Below are positions 25,434 to 38,494 of a stretch of DNA of 64,000 bases, one piece after another; positions within the stretch are counted from its first letter, which is position 1, and the number at the start of each line of letters is the position of its first letter. Origin of the DNA: Lama glama. Taxonomy: Eukaryota. Both the position numbers and the translations under genes were made by a program. The DNA lies in contig CM052818.1 in the NCBI GenBank assembly GCA_028534125.1, positions 47,122,001 to 47,186,000 of the forward strand, in the 5' to 3' direction. The notes below the pieces were generated by a model. It did not search any database. It was not told the DNA's origin and saw only the letters and a program-made list of their open reading frames with translations.

Positions 25434-27552
25434 GTAAGAGTCCAGATGCTTCACAACGTTCTTTTGGAAGTTGAGCAAAGCTGGAAATTTTGTCAGTGAG
25501 AAACAACCAAAGTTCATGGCCAAATAGTAATGTGTTTGCTTAACCTCGAGGGGAAAAGATTTTTTTCGGTTGTAAAGTTTGATGTGATTGTAACCCTTAC
25601 CCCGACTCAAAAGGCAACATAAAACATGGTAGGACCCCGACTGAACATGTGAAAACCTTCTGTGTGTGTGCATATAAATAGACACACATTTGAGATACTT
25701 TTATTTTACTATACAGACAGGTACATGCTTCTTGTAAATACAGAGACCTAGTTCTTTTCAAATGTCAGAGTCTCAAGTGTTATTATTTTTATTTATTTCT
25801 CCAACGTTAGTAAGTTTTGTTTCCCAAAAAAACAAAGGTAGCTTTGAAATCAATGTAGCGAATCACTGAGAATCATCACGGTTGTGAGCAGGGCTTGGAT
25901 TTTGACCTGTGTTTGCTTCTGAGGGAGCAGTGGGTGAGCGTTTGGGTCATGGCCCGTCGTGGGTGCATGGGGTCCTCCGGGGACCACAAGCTTGTGGATC
26001 CACGTTCCCACGCGAGGCCCCTGGGATGGTAACGGGGCTCACAGGGTCTGAATGATCCCTAACTGCCTCGCACGCTTTACCTCCTTCAGTCCTCACTGCA
26101 AACCCCTGAGATTTCATGCTGGTAACACCCCATCTTACGGAGGAGGAAACTGAGGCCTGGTGTGCAGTTGGGAGGTATACACGTGGTCTGGTTCCATTGA
26201 TGGCTCCGGGGACATAGAAATTTTCCTTTCTTACCATTCAGTCGCCTTCTGTTCACATGAAACAAAACCCAAGGACAGGGACACAGACTGCGCTGCTGGA
26301 TTTTCTATTCAATCTCCGTGGACAGGACGGAGAGGGTCCTGTGGGCTTTCCTCTGCCCCAGGTGTCTGTCCTGCCCGCGGTCGCCTCTGAGCCTGCGGAG
26401 GACCGGCTAGGGGCTGGGCCTCCAAGAGACGCAGGGCTTTCGATGACCCCGTACGACCAGGGGCTTCTCGATGCTCTTGGCTTGTGTCTTACTGAGACGT
26501 GGACGTGTTTCGTGTTTGATCCTGTTTTGTGACGCTGGGTTTTTCTTTGGCTTTGTAATGAGAAGAGTGGAAGGAGAATTCTACACTGTCTCAGAAATGT
26601 AGCTGGGTACCTTCAGAAGGAGCGCACGTTATTTTAGTAAAACATTATCTGAGGTCTGACCATAGGAGCTCCTCAGCGTAAGGACTTTGTGCAAAGGCAT
26701 GGCTCCGTGTCTTCAGTGCTGAAGACCAACACAGACAGCGCAAATTCCCGTCCTCACTTCTGTCATCTTCAGTCCGCAAGCAGGTTTTTGGCACATGTCA
26801 GGCTCTGGCATGAAGAAGTAAAATAAAAGAAATGCAGAGAAAGGACAGTGAGAGGAGGAGCTCGGGAACCCAGCTCCTCGCAGGTGGCCGGTGGGGGAGA
26901 AGTGCAGCCCAGTCAAGTAGAAAACGCTTGTCAGAGTGTGACGTACGTGGTAGGCATTCAATATTGCTAACTTCCATCTCCATCCCAACGTGAGGGTCCG
27001 ACCCAGGTGAGGCCAAGGTAATAAACAGATTTAACTTGACGTGATACGTCTCATCAGTTGGTGGTGGGTGCATGGAAAACCTCGATGAAAAGGATTTGAA
27101 GGCTGAGACGCCAGGGGGAAGCTCTCAGGGACGGCTTAGGATGTGGGCGGTGGGTCGCAGGGCCTGGGAGGCAGCACGCACGTTGTATACGTGACCAAGT
27201 GATGGCGGTCGGTACAAATATTTATCATTTATTACGTCCTACTGAAAGTGCACGCTGGGCATTTCACAAATGTTCACCCAGAATTCCTCTAACCGCCCTA
27301 TGAAATACTTGTTGTTAGGTTCATGTGCCAGATGAGGTCATCGGGAACTAAAAAGCCTCAGTAACTGGTCCAAGGTTACGGGGCGGTTCAGTGGGAGAGC
27401 CCGGCTTTGACCTCATGTCTGTCTCTCTCCACCTCTCCCTGCTGGCTGCCATCAGAAGTCAGCTGTCATTTCTGCCAAGAAGTCACACACATTGCTGGTG
27501 CCTTTTGGTCCGGGGGCAATCTGGGGAATTTCCTGATGCTCATCTGAGTTTG

Positions 27553-27691
27553 TCTTTTTTGGGGGGGGAGGGGTAATTAGGTTTATTTATCTTTATTTTA
27601 TTTATTCATTTATCATGGAGGCACTGGGGATGGAACCCAGGACCTCACGCATGCTAAGCATGTGCTCTACCTCTGAGCTGTCCCCTCCCCC
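27553..27691 (-). mobile_element. Camelid tRNA-derived SINE (Vic-1-like)
   Basis: Minus strand reads ggggaggggacagctcagaggtagagcacatgcttagcatgcgtgaggtcctgggttccatccccagtgcctcc...aacctaattacccctcccc; TSD catctgagtttg (27541-27552) / catttgagtttg (27694-27705). Confidence 0.9.
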
Positions 27692-30600
27692 ACCATTTGA
27701 GTTTGGACACAGGGAACATCCCCAGGAGAAATACGGATTGGGGAATAACTGGCAGATGAACTGGACAGCCTCCTTTTCTCAGACATTATTTGGCATGGAC
27801 GGTCCTCTTCAAGGTGATAAACTGAGGAAAATGTTCAGTTCATTGCGACGTGGAAACCCCTTAGTGTTGCCCATTACCTCCAGGGGCCCGTTTTGGAGTG
27901 TTTGTTTCAATGAACGGTGAGTTACCAGGGCAGTCGCCTTGTCATTCATGACTCTGTTTCCCTTGTCTACTAAGTGGTCTGGGGGTAAAGGGAAGACGAG
28001 AGAATCCCACTGTCCTGGGTCTTCCCTCCACCCTCCTACAGTGGGAAAAAAAAAAAAAAGAAAAAGGCTGGTTTTGGTCCTGGCTGGTAACTGGACTGTC
28101 CAAATCTGCACTAAACTTGGCCGATGGTGGTTCCAGCTTTGTTCATGAATAATCAACATTCACATCTGGATCCACATACTTACCTAAATGTAGACAAACC
28201 CAAATTATCTTGGATCTGCATGATGTATTTCTATCTGATGCTGTATTTTTTTTCCCTGAATATTTCACCCCACCATCTCACGCCTCCACATTTCTCTTTT
28301 CTCTAAAGACTTAACAACAAAAATATGTGCTTCTTTCCCCCCAGAACATCCTCCACCCAAGCAATGAGAGGAAGGGTTTGAGAAATAGACCCTCGTTTCC
28401 TTTAAACGGATTCAATGCAAATTTTCCAGTACGTGAGACGTGCAAAGTATCAGAACATCTTAAAACAGCAATACCTTCAGAGATAGCGTGTTTCAATGTC
28501 TCCTTTTTAAATGAAGCCTGAGAAAGATCGTCTCTGCACCAAATAAGGAGCCTTTGAGCGCACACACATGCACACGCAGGCCTCCCTTCCATTCTGCCCC
28601 CTTCCCTTTTTTTTTTTATTAGAAAACACTTGAAACTTATCATGTGCAGCAGATGGGAGTAGAAAATGCAACTTGAAGACAGTTATATAAATATATCCTT
28701 GATGTCTGTTTTGCTTTTCAATTTGCAACGAAAAGTACAAAGGTAGAGCTGCGTGCCAGCGAGGGCCGCCTGCGTCTCGATATCCATTCCAGATGTTGGC
28801 TAGACTTCGTGGAGCCAGGCTTCTGGCACCGGGGCTGGAGCCGCGGGTCTCCTCCTCCAGGTGCGATGCCTCATGCTGATCCCCCCACAGGCTCCTGGCC
28901 TTGTCCAAACACTCTGGAGCCGGGACCGGCCTCCATCACCCCCACCCCGACCCTAATTTACCTTCCCTGATGCCTGGCTCCCCCAGGGTGGGAGTGGTGA
29001 GGGGCTCCAAGAATCAATGTCATGTGTCACTTTGCTTTTTTAAAAACAAGAATCTTAGAAAGGAAAAAATAAATAAATGAACAGGGCAAAACAGTCAGTA
29101 AGGAAAAAGAAATACAAAGGAAAAAACAAAATGAACCCTGATCGTGTTTGTGAACGCTGTTGGCCGGCCGGCCCACGAGAGGCTCCCTGTGTCCGTTCAG
29201 GGCTGTGTCTCCTGAAAACCTGGGCTTTCTGACCCCCGGCCTGGTGAGGCATTAATGGTGTTCTCTGTTTGTACATGCTTGTAAAGGACTTTACACCGTA
29301 ATATGTTAACTTCCTGATTAAACAGTGCTAAGCACAGAAGGGTATCATAAATCTTGCCGGCGCCAACCTCATTTATCTGACCGTTGGTTGTTGTCTGGTG
29401 CGGGTAAACACACGACAGGGGCATTTATTATGATGTAAGGGACCTCGGAGCAGTGCTATTAATAACCTGGGCCCCGTGTCCCCTCATCCGAGCTGTACCC
29501 TCCTCTTGGAGGGAGAGCCTGCGGCCTTTCTTCCCTCAGTTCAGACTGGGCTCGCCCGGGGAGGGCTCCTGAAGGGTTTGCACAAAGATTCTCAGATTAT
29601 TGGGCAAAACCAAGAATCACTAACCCCCACCCCACCACCCAGAGCAATTTAAGACACGAAAGAGTGGTCAGGACCAAGTGACCCTTGGGATGTCCCAGGT
29701 CTGTAGGGTTCTTTGTAATTGGAAAATGTTTGATGCAACAATTCCAGGGACCTTATTAGGAATGGCAGACTCGGTGCAGGTCAGGGACGGAGACGGGAGG
29801 ATTGGGTCCAGAGGGAGCCCGTTCTCTCCCTGGTGCTGGAGGAGCAGGAATGAGCTGCATCAGGCACTATGAGCACGAAAGGGTCCATCCCTCTGTGCTC
29901 CTGCCGGAAAATGGGCACTGCGAGATCATCTTTCTTCGCCTTCTGCATCATCACAACAAAAGGGTGTATTCTGAACCCTGTGTGTGTGTGCATCTGAAGG
30001 GGAGATGGATATGTCAGCCTATGGGTGGGATCACAGGGCGAAAAGGTCCGAATTCGTATTTGCTTTGTTGTTTGAATTTCAGTCTTGGTTACACATGTTT
30101 ATTGTGTTCTGCGTGTAAGCGTCAGTCCCCTGAAAGGTGCTGTGGTCTCATTCATTCTTCCCTGAACCAGCGGTGTGGCTTTAGGCATATTCATCAATCT
30201 AAAGACGACTTTTTTTTTCACCTGTGCAAGGAGGAAAACAGGGTTGCCTTAAGCTTTAAATAAAATAAGTTTTTAATGGAAGAGTCGAGAGGAGGACTAG
30301 GCAAATATCCTTATTACAGCTCAGAAACACAGAATTCAGTAGTAGGCTCTATCCAAGGTGTCTTTGATGAGAAAATCCAAAATGCTGTTACTAGAGTTTC
30401 ATCTGTAATTAGATTTACTTTCGACAAACAATTTTGGAGGCTGAGCATGCACGGCAGGTGTGCAAGGCAAGGGTTCTACACATCGTGGGACACAGAGATG
30501 AGAAAGTCAGGACCTGTCGCAGGGGGTTACGCTCTAAAGGGGAGACGGAACTTGGACACCATTGGCGACACCTCTTTTGGTGGATGGCATCGTTCATGGC

Positions 30601-31926
30601 TTCGTTGGTTCCAGTGGCAGACTGAGGAATGAGCTTGTGGATACGGAGAAGAGGGTGTGGAGAAGGCTCCTGGTCTCAGTGGCTTCTCAGGTCAAGCATC
30701 AGTTGTGTCTTCTTAGGAAGAAACATGGGAAAAAAACTTCTATTATTTTTTTAGACAAAAATTGCACCAGAGCCCGACCAGGAATGTACCTCCCGAGCAC
30801 ATGCATGGCCCCCGTTCCTGCCCCTTCATTACCCACTCTTGAGTTCCAGGCTTCCGTGGCCACTGTCACCTGTCTCTCTCAGCCATTGACACCGCTGCTC
30901 CTGCTGCTATCTCTGCCCAGGACTGGTTTTCCTCTGTTCTGCAGCTGGTCAACTGTTCCTTTATTCCCCCAGGGTTCTAGCTCAAAGCTCTCTGTGAAGT
31001 CTTGCCCAGCACCTTGGCTAGAATTAATCACTGCCACCCCTGTGCTCCCCCAGCCTTGCACATACATTTTTTTTTAAATGTCCTTTTTAAGTGCAGCTGT
31101 CTTGGAAGATGGGGCAGACCAAGGGCCGTGTCTCTTTCGGCTCCGGGTCTTTGGCAGCAAAGAGGAGATCCCGAGGGGGCTGTTGATGGGGAGGGAGAAG
31201 GCCCTCTCATGCCCCTCTGTGTCCAGGCAACACACACCTTTTCCTGCCTGACCTCTTGGCCCCTCTCAGCAATGATGACACCACATTTTGGGTCAAAAGA
31301 TTGAGGTTTAAAGAGATGTATTTACATATCCCAGATCACACTTACAGTGTTTTGATGGAAATAAGATTTTTTTGATTCCAGAGCCCTTCATCAAACAGGG
31401 CTCTCTGGGGAAACCCCACAGCCAGGGCTGGTGGGAACAGCTGCTCAGCAGCCAGGGTGGCACTTTGAGCAGGTGGCCTCGGCGTGCGGCTCACTGCCCT
31501 GTGTGCCAGGGTTTCTGCAAAACTGAGTAGAACGGGTCACGGTCCATGCATGGCTAGTTAGCCTTGCACTGGACTGTGCAGCCAGGCAGGGTGTGTGACT
31601 GGACATCTGGGTCTGCACACCACCTGTGTCAGCCTCTGCCCACGAGGTGGTTGTGCCAACACAGGCAGAGCCCCTTTGCAGGTGCTGGACACTCAGGGAG
31701 GGATCAAAATGCTATTTGAAGTCTTATAATAATACTTACTGTTACTTAGGTTTTGCCCTGAGAGTGCCAAGGAAACGCCTTTATGAGAGCCAGCAATTTC
31801 CATAGATTTCCAAAAGGGGGAATGAGAAAGACCACCAAGGGTATTTCAAACTTGGTGCTCCTAGAAGCTTACTGGAGCCCAAGTTCACCCTGGAAACTGG
31901 TTGTCAGGGAGAAAAACATTCTAGAG

Positions 31927-32141
31927 CAGGAATCGGCAAAATGCCGCCTGTAGCCAAATCCAGCCCTTGCCTATTTTTGTACAAACCATGAGCTAAGAAT
32001 GGTTTTCACATTTTTAAAGGGTTGTAAAAAAAACAAAACAAAATAAAACAAAGGAAGACTATGAGACAGAGGCCCTACGTGGACCATGAAGCCTGGAATA
32101 TTGCTAGCGGCCCCTCCATGGAAAGAGTTTGCTGACCTCTA
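31927..32141. mobile_element. MER58C-like hAT-Charlie MITE
   Basis: TIRs caggaatcggcaaa / tttgctgacctcta; internal gagctaagaatggttttcacatttttaaagggttgt; 8-bp TSD-like ttctagag / ttctgaag. Confidence 0.85.
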
Positions 32142-32149
32142 TTCTGAAG

Positions 32150-32352
32150 CATTGCTTCCTCAAGTGCCTTCTCCAGATACAGGTATTAAAACAGTGAGTT
32201 GGGAAAATGCTGGGTGAAGCAAAGTTAGACAGAGAACTGGCTGCAGGGCTCTGCAGAGACTTTAAATTCCCAAATTTATTTGACCTAAGAGTTCCCTCTC
32301 TCCAGATCACCTTGAGGGCACACGTCCCAAGACCATGTTTTGAGAAATGCTG
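32150..32352. mobile_element. MER103C-like hAT element
   Basis: gttgggaaaatgctgggtgaagcaaagttag...ctgcagggctctgcagagactttaa...ttcccaaatttatttgacc...tttgagaaatgctg. Confidence 0.55.
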
Positions 32353-33089
32353 ATGTAAGAATTGTAATACAAAGGCATCTCCACCAGTTAAAATCTAAAA
32401 GAGAAAAGAACAGGCCAACATCATAGCATATAGAGACTCAGCTTTTAAAGATGCCAGTTCTGGCAGGTTTGATGCAAGGGCGCACAGCTGACAAAGTGAA
32501 ATGCGCCCCACCGATTTTCATCCCTGTGGAACCGTGCTTTAGCTTTGCACGATGGTGGCGAAATTAAGATGGGAAGATTCCATTGTCCCCAGAAAGTGCC
32601 TTGAACACGTTCTAGAAGGCCAGGCCGCCCGTCTCCTGCCCATTCAATCAGTCCCTGAAGTTCACCCTGGGACATGATGTTCGTATGGAAGAAATTCTTA
32701 GCACCCCAGAGCATAAGTCAAGCCAAGTCGAACTGTCTGTGGGCTCCAGGGCGGCCAGCAAGCCTGGGTTCATTGTTTAGTGAGGAGTGCTTGACATATC
32801 TGGCCAAGGTAGACAGAGTCTGGCCAGGACTGAGCTGGGATGGTAACAGGGCTCAATCTTCCTTCACTCCGCCGCTCCAGACATTTACAGACACGCATTC
32901 TGTGTTAGGCACCGTGCTCAGTGCTGGTGGACATGCTTATCACTGAGAAAGGCTTTCATCCTCTAGAAACTCATGCTAGTCACAGAGCTGATAATACTAA
33001 TTAGGCACCGCTGACCGGCCATGCAAGAAAACACGACAGATCTGACCCTGGCCTTGACGGAGCGCATGATCTAACAGAGGAGATAACAT

Positions 33090-33560
33090 TGAGCTGAGTA
33101 ACTATCGCTAAGTGCTGGGACCAGAGTGTTGAACACAACAAACGCGGTCCACCTGCTTTGGGAGGTCACAGCTTGGTGAAGAAGACAGGCACATGCATTA
33201 AAGCCACAGTGCGGGGTGGCATTTATAAAAGGGATAACAAAGGTTGCTTTCAGCTCACCAGAGCCACAAGGTTCACTTTGCTCATTGGAGGAGGAAATAT
33301 GTAGCCTGTTGAAGGGGCACCAAGGTGTTCCCAAGATGGAGAGGTGGGAAGGGCACTCCCGACAGAGGGAATCTCGTGTTCGGAGCAGGATATGAAAGAG
33401 CAGGGCGTGTTGGGCACAGAGGGTAAGACGGCCAGGACCATGGTGGCAGAAGAACTGTGAGACGGGCAGGGGACCGAGCCCCAGCACGGGGTTTGTCCTT
33501 ATGCTGTGCATGTTGGGAGCGTTTCAAAGATTTTAAACGATTGAAGGATGACCAGCACTG
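33090..33560 (-). mobile_element. L2 LINE fragment
   Basis: gctaagtgctggga...gaacacaacaaacgcggtcc...ggaagggcactcccgacagagggaa; antisense L2 3' region. Confidence 0.55.
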
Positions 33561-35219
33561 TTGAAGACAAGTTAATTATATGTGCTTCCTGCTGATTCAC
33601 GGATAGGCTGGGACCCCCAGATCAGCTACTTTGAGGTGGGAGAGTGTCTCCAGAGTGGGCCTGGGTCAGTTACTCCTATGAAAGTGTCAGGAGTCATGCA
33701 ACTTCACAACATGCTCTTCGAGAAGAGGACCAAGGCTTTGTTGAAACCACAGGCCCCGAGCTGCCAAGACAACCTGGATGACAGAAGGAGAAATTTCAAA
33801 ATTCAGCTGTTTTAAACCTTATCAGGTTTGTAATCATGAAATCAAGCTGCTCTCTCAAAAGTTAAGAATGTGCTTTTGTCAAATGACACAGATAAGAGCT
33901 TGTGGATCCAATTCTGATGTGATCCGTACGAAGCACACCGGTCAAGTGCCGGCCGTGGCCAAAAGCCTCCGTCTTTCAGTGAAGAACCACTTGGTGAGTG
34001 TTTGTTGACACTGTTGCTTCCCTCTTTCCAAAGCACCACCTTGCACAAAAAATTTCATCTTTTTTAAGGGGGAAAATGTGAGTGAGTTCTACTGAAGCAT
34101 TTTGCAAGAGCCCTGTAGTTGAGTGGGGCATGCATGGGTGTCCAGGAAGAGCCTGGCTTCAGCCACCAACGTCCCAGGTCTGGCTCGCTGCTCGCTAGCC
34201 ATTTCACTCGGAGAAAGTCTCAGAACGTCTTCAGTCATAATCATTTAAAAAGTCAAAGGGACCTTGGGGCCATCGTGGAGGGGGCTGGGGATGACCACCG
34301 CCCGTGCAAAGTGAGGGCAGTGCCACGCCTGGACCAGAGCCCATGCGGTCTTTTCCTTTGTTCTTTCCTGCTTGACCTGTCGGAGTTTCTGCCTCTGTCA
34401 AAAGAGAGCGGTCACTCCCACCCTGCCTTCCATAGTGGTTTACGGTGAAGGTAAACAGGATGAACGTGGAGAAGCACCTTAGGACCCGGAATTCAGTGTC
34501 CCGGGTGCGTACCAGGCTGTCGGCCACACAGGAGAGGAGGGCCCTGGGTCACGCGTCCTCTCCTTTCGGTGCCTTTTCACCCCCCGCTGGTAATGGTGGC
34601 CTACACGTTGTGGTAGGAATCATAGGTCAGCAATTTAGAAGTTTCAGACAAGGTTATTTACTTCCAGAACACCTACCAGGTGTCCGCGCTTTGTCAGGTG
34701 CTTATTACTCAGAGAAGGGGTGAGGATTGGCATCTACTGAGCGGGGCGTGTCTGCACGCGTTGCTTTGTCACATGACTTACTTCACATAACTCGCCCTAA
34801 ACCCGCCTGAGGTTAGGCATTCTCCTTGCTAACTTATTTATGAATAAACTGATAAGCCACAGACAGTTGAAGTCACCTGGCTGAACTTACAGAGAAGGAA
34901 GTGGCCAATGGGCAGCATTAGAGAGCAGAGTAGCCAGCGTTTTGCGAGCAGTTTCTGTCTGTGAGCCCCAGGCAGGTGCCAGCGTTGCCTCCTTCCATCC
35001 TTACCGACAGCCAGTGATGAGGTGTGGCGGTACCCCAGTGATGAAGAGTGGCAGGCCCGAGGAGGCAGGTGGCCTGCCCGGCCTCACCTGGGGATGCAAA
35101 CCTGGATGGTTCAACGAGAAGGCTTCGCTCTTACTCCCACCCCTGGCCGTCCCCAGGTGAGCCCTGCTCTGGAGCCTTTGTTCGAGCAAGAGAGATGGGT
35201 ATCCATCCATGTCTTAAAA

Positions 35220-35720
35220 CAGCATTTGTCAAAGTTTTCAGTTTATCACAAGTTAGAACCCATTTATAATTTTCCACTGCAGCCCAATATGTGCACATTC
35301 ACACGTAGACACACAATCCCAGAACAATCCCAGAACACAAGTTTCATACGACAGTACTTACTCTCACAATAGATCAGAGTCAGTCCCAGCGCTGTTGACA
35401 TTTGGGCTGGACCATTCTCTTGATGTGGGCATCCTGTGCACTGGGGGATGTTTTGCAGCATCCCTGGCCTCCACCAACAAGATGCCATTAGTGCCAACCC
35501 TTCACAGCTTGACAACCACAGGTGTCTCCAGACATCGCCAGCATTCCACTGGGGAAAAACACCCCTGGTTGAGAACTAATGCCGTGGATGACACACTCCT
35601 AGTTTCTGTTCCCTTCTATATTACAGGCTACTTATAAAAAAGAGAAAAAGTGGGTTGCAATCTGCTAAACTGATTTCCTGACTAACTAACAGGTCTTGCT
35701 TTGCCAGCTGAAAAACGTTA
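35220..35720. mobile_element. Charlie4-like hAT element split by MER20
   Basis: Left part caagtttcatacgacagtacttactct; right part gggttgcaatctgctaaactgatttcctgactaactaacaggtc...gaaaaac. Confidence 0.55.
35375..35581. mobile_element. MER20 hAT MITE
   Basis: gctgttgacatttgggctggaccattctct...gcagcatccctggcctccacc...gatgcca...tgtctccagacatcgcca...ctggttgagaac. Confidence 0.9.
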
Positions 35721-36379
35721 TTATAGGATTGCAGGATTAGGGGGTATTTTGTAAAGAAGGGGAAAATAGAAGATAGTGATTTTCAGAGACAATGTGTAGC
35801 AGGAATTTCATAATAAATGAGGAAATCAACAATGCAAATTTGGAAATAAAAATAGAGTACCTGGAAGGTTCTTTTTAAGGAGGAATTGAGCCTTTTAAAA
35901 TATGAGGATTCTATAAAAAAAAATTTAAACATTTTTTAAAAGGAAGATGCTGGACTATTTGGGAGACCTTGTAACTTGTTCAGAGAGGAATTCTTCTCCT
36001 GAACGTCTGGGGAGAGGGTAATACAGCTGGGAAGTTCTCTTCCAGCCTCCCTGTGGAGTCAAAACACGGGTGCCTTCAGGATCTGAGAATGTAAAATGAT
36101 AAAAGGATTTTTTGCAGTGAAGGATTTATTTGCAAACTCAACCCATAAAGAAGACAAATGGTTATATAAAAAAACAAAATGAAAAAGACAACCAGAAAAA
36201 ACTATAGGGGTTTTCTCTTTACTTAAAGGGAGGGGAGAACTGTACACAATTTTCTTAGAACTCTAAGTCCAAATGCACATGCGTGCAGTATTGACAGTTA
36301 ATTAATAGGACCTTCGTGACTGCTTTCACGGCGTGCATCTCTGTGTAAACTGAGCCCCATTGTGAGCTTCCAAAGGTCT

Positions 36380-36570
36380 AGGGAGGTGAATCCAGCAATG
36401 GTTTGGAATCATATAGGTCTGAGTTTGCGTCTGGATTTGGTCTACTTGCTATGGGAATTTGGTCAAATTAGTTCCTCTAAGCTTCATTGAGCTCATCTTT
36501 AAAGTAGGAATGACGAGGTCTGTCTCGAAGCTGTCTCAAGGCTCACAACCTCTGTGAACATTGAATGACA
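36380..36570 (+). mobile_element. MIR SINE
   Basis: ggtttggaatcatataggtctgagtttg...ttggtcaaatta...ctcatctttaaagtagg. Confidence 0.5.
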
Positions 36571-38361
36571 TAAGCCTCCCAGAGCCTGACCTACAGCATG
36601 TATCCAGTAAATGCCATAAAAATAAAAATCTCCATTACTGTTGTTGGGCAGCATTGATCGTGAACAAAATCCATGGACCGTGGACCCTTCAGGCTTCGAG
36701 AGTGAGATGCTGGGAGCATCACTTTCAGTTGCGCTCTTTAAAAAGTCTGCCCAAAAAGTGGATATTAAACAAAACAAATAGATGCATGCCCGACAAAAGA
36801 GATGGGCTGGTTGAAGTCACAGATGTTAGCTGACCACTCCTGCACGTAGGCTCGCCCAGTCACGTTGCTTAGAAACAGGGCGTTATCAAAGAAAACCTCA
36901 CGTCAGGTTGGAGCAGTTCCCAGACAGCCGGTTAGTAAAGATAATTTGCAATGGAAAAAAGTCTAATATCTGTTCCAGCAAACTCTCTTTTCTCTCGATT
37001 TGATTTTTTCATCCTTAAGGAGATAATTTTGGAGGAGGAGTGATCAACGTGGTTGATACTTCCTTTGATGGGTTGGGAGGTTAAATGAGAAGACACCTTC
37101 AGGTATACCTCACAGACGATGAAGTAACTGTGGAAATGCACCGTTTGTCAATGTGACCATTAAAAAGGTAGGGCAGTCTAGGGAGAAAGTGATGAAACTT
37201 GGTGGTCACAACAAAATGATGCTAGAAATTTCTGGCAAGTGCAGATGGGAAGGGAGACCCTGAAAAAGTGACAGATGCATCCTCGCTCCAAGTGTTGACG
37301 TAGGTCATTAGGTTTCAAAATATTTCATCCCTACATGGGCAGCTCTCCCAAATGACAGCATTCAACTCCAGTTAGGACCTTCCCTCTCAAAGCACATTAA
37401 GATGCTTTTAAAATCCCAGTTCTTTTCATTGTGATGCTTTGAGGAAGCCAGAATATCTAGGGGAAATACTTAGACGGAACCAGTAAGAGTGTTTTTAGCT
37501 TGCAGGCTTACAAAACCGCCTAGCCCAGTGGATTCCGAAATTCCTCCCAGTTAGTTAAAATGTGAAATTCCTTTTTTCAAAAGACCAACCATTGGAAAGC
37601 CAGTTATATAAAATAAATAAAAGTGTAGCTGCTCCAGGGATGGTAGAGGGCAGCGGATTCCCACCCACGCTCCTCTCTCCAGTCTAGGCACCCACCCGGC
37701 ACCCTCTGCCCTTGACCCAGTGTCCCTGGGAGGACCTGGAGCTCTGCGGAGCATCGGGGCTCCCCTGAGGCAGCTATGGTCCCCCTGAGTGGTGTCATCC
37801 AGGAACATCTCACTGCCCAAACAGACCCTTCCACCCCTGGCGGGTCTTGTGAGAATAAACAACCTGCAGAAATGATTTGTAGGACCAAGTGTTTCAATGA
37901 GACGTGTCATCCACAAGCGTCGTCATGGAATTTCCAGTATATGTTCTCAGCATTTTTTTTTTTTGATAAATCCAGCCCCTGGTCCTTACATGGAAATTCC
38001 CAAATAATTCTGAAATGTTCTAATTGAATTCCAGTCGGTGACAGTCAGTGAGAATTAAAGTCTGCTTCTCATCTATTCACTTATGTCCCTTTTCTCCTCT
38101 GGCACAGGGACCACAGCAGGAGCAGGCTCCCAGTATTTCCCTCCTGCACAAATACGTTCACAGTAAAAGGCACGCACTGCGATTAACATAGATTATTTGT
38201 AAATTTGCGTGACTGTGTGGATTATGTGTACGTGTGTTCATATATGTACGTACATACATGGGTACATACCTATGAGTATATGGACACATTTTTCCGTTTT
38301 TGCTACTGGCCACCAACAGTTAACAATCTGCGGTCCCACCTGCTTTCAGAACTGAAACCAG

Positions 38362-38494
38362 CGGGGAAGGGCATAGCTCAAGTGGTAGTGCGCATGCTCA
38401 GCACCCAAGAGGTCCCGGGTTCAATCCCCGATACCTCCTCCAAGAGGAGATCGATGAGGAAACCTAATTACCTCCCCCTCAGAAAACAAACAAA
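38362..38494 (+). mobile_element. Camelid tRNA-derived SINE (Vic-1-like), full length
   Basis: A box tagctcaagtgg; B box ggttcaatccc; tail aacctaattacctcccc plus A-rich end; perfect 15-bp TSD cagaactgaaaccag at 38347-38361 and 38495-38509. Confidence 0.92.

Noticed and set aside
38232..38266. Hairpin around the 14-bp palindrome tatgtacgtacata
   Set aside because: Low-complexity alternating purine/pyrimidine sequence; too short and simple for a miRNA call.
38363..38435. tRNA-like sequence
   Set aside because: Has a SINE tail and TSDs; it is a SINE head, not a tRNA gene.
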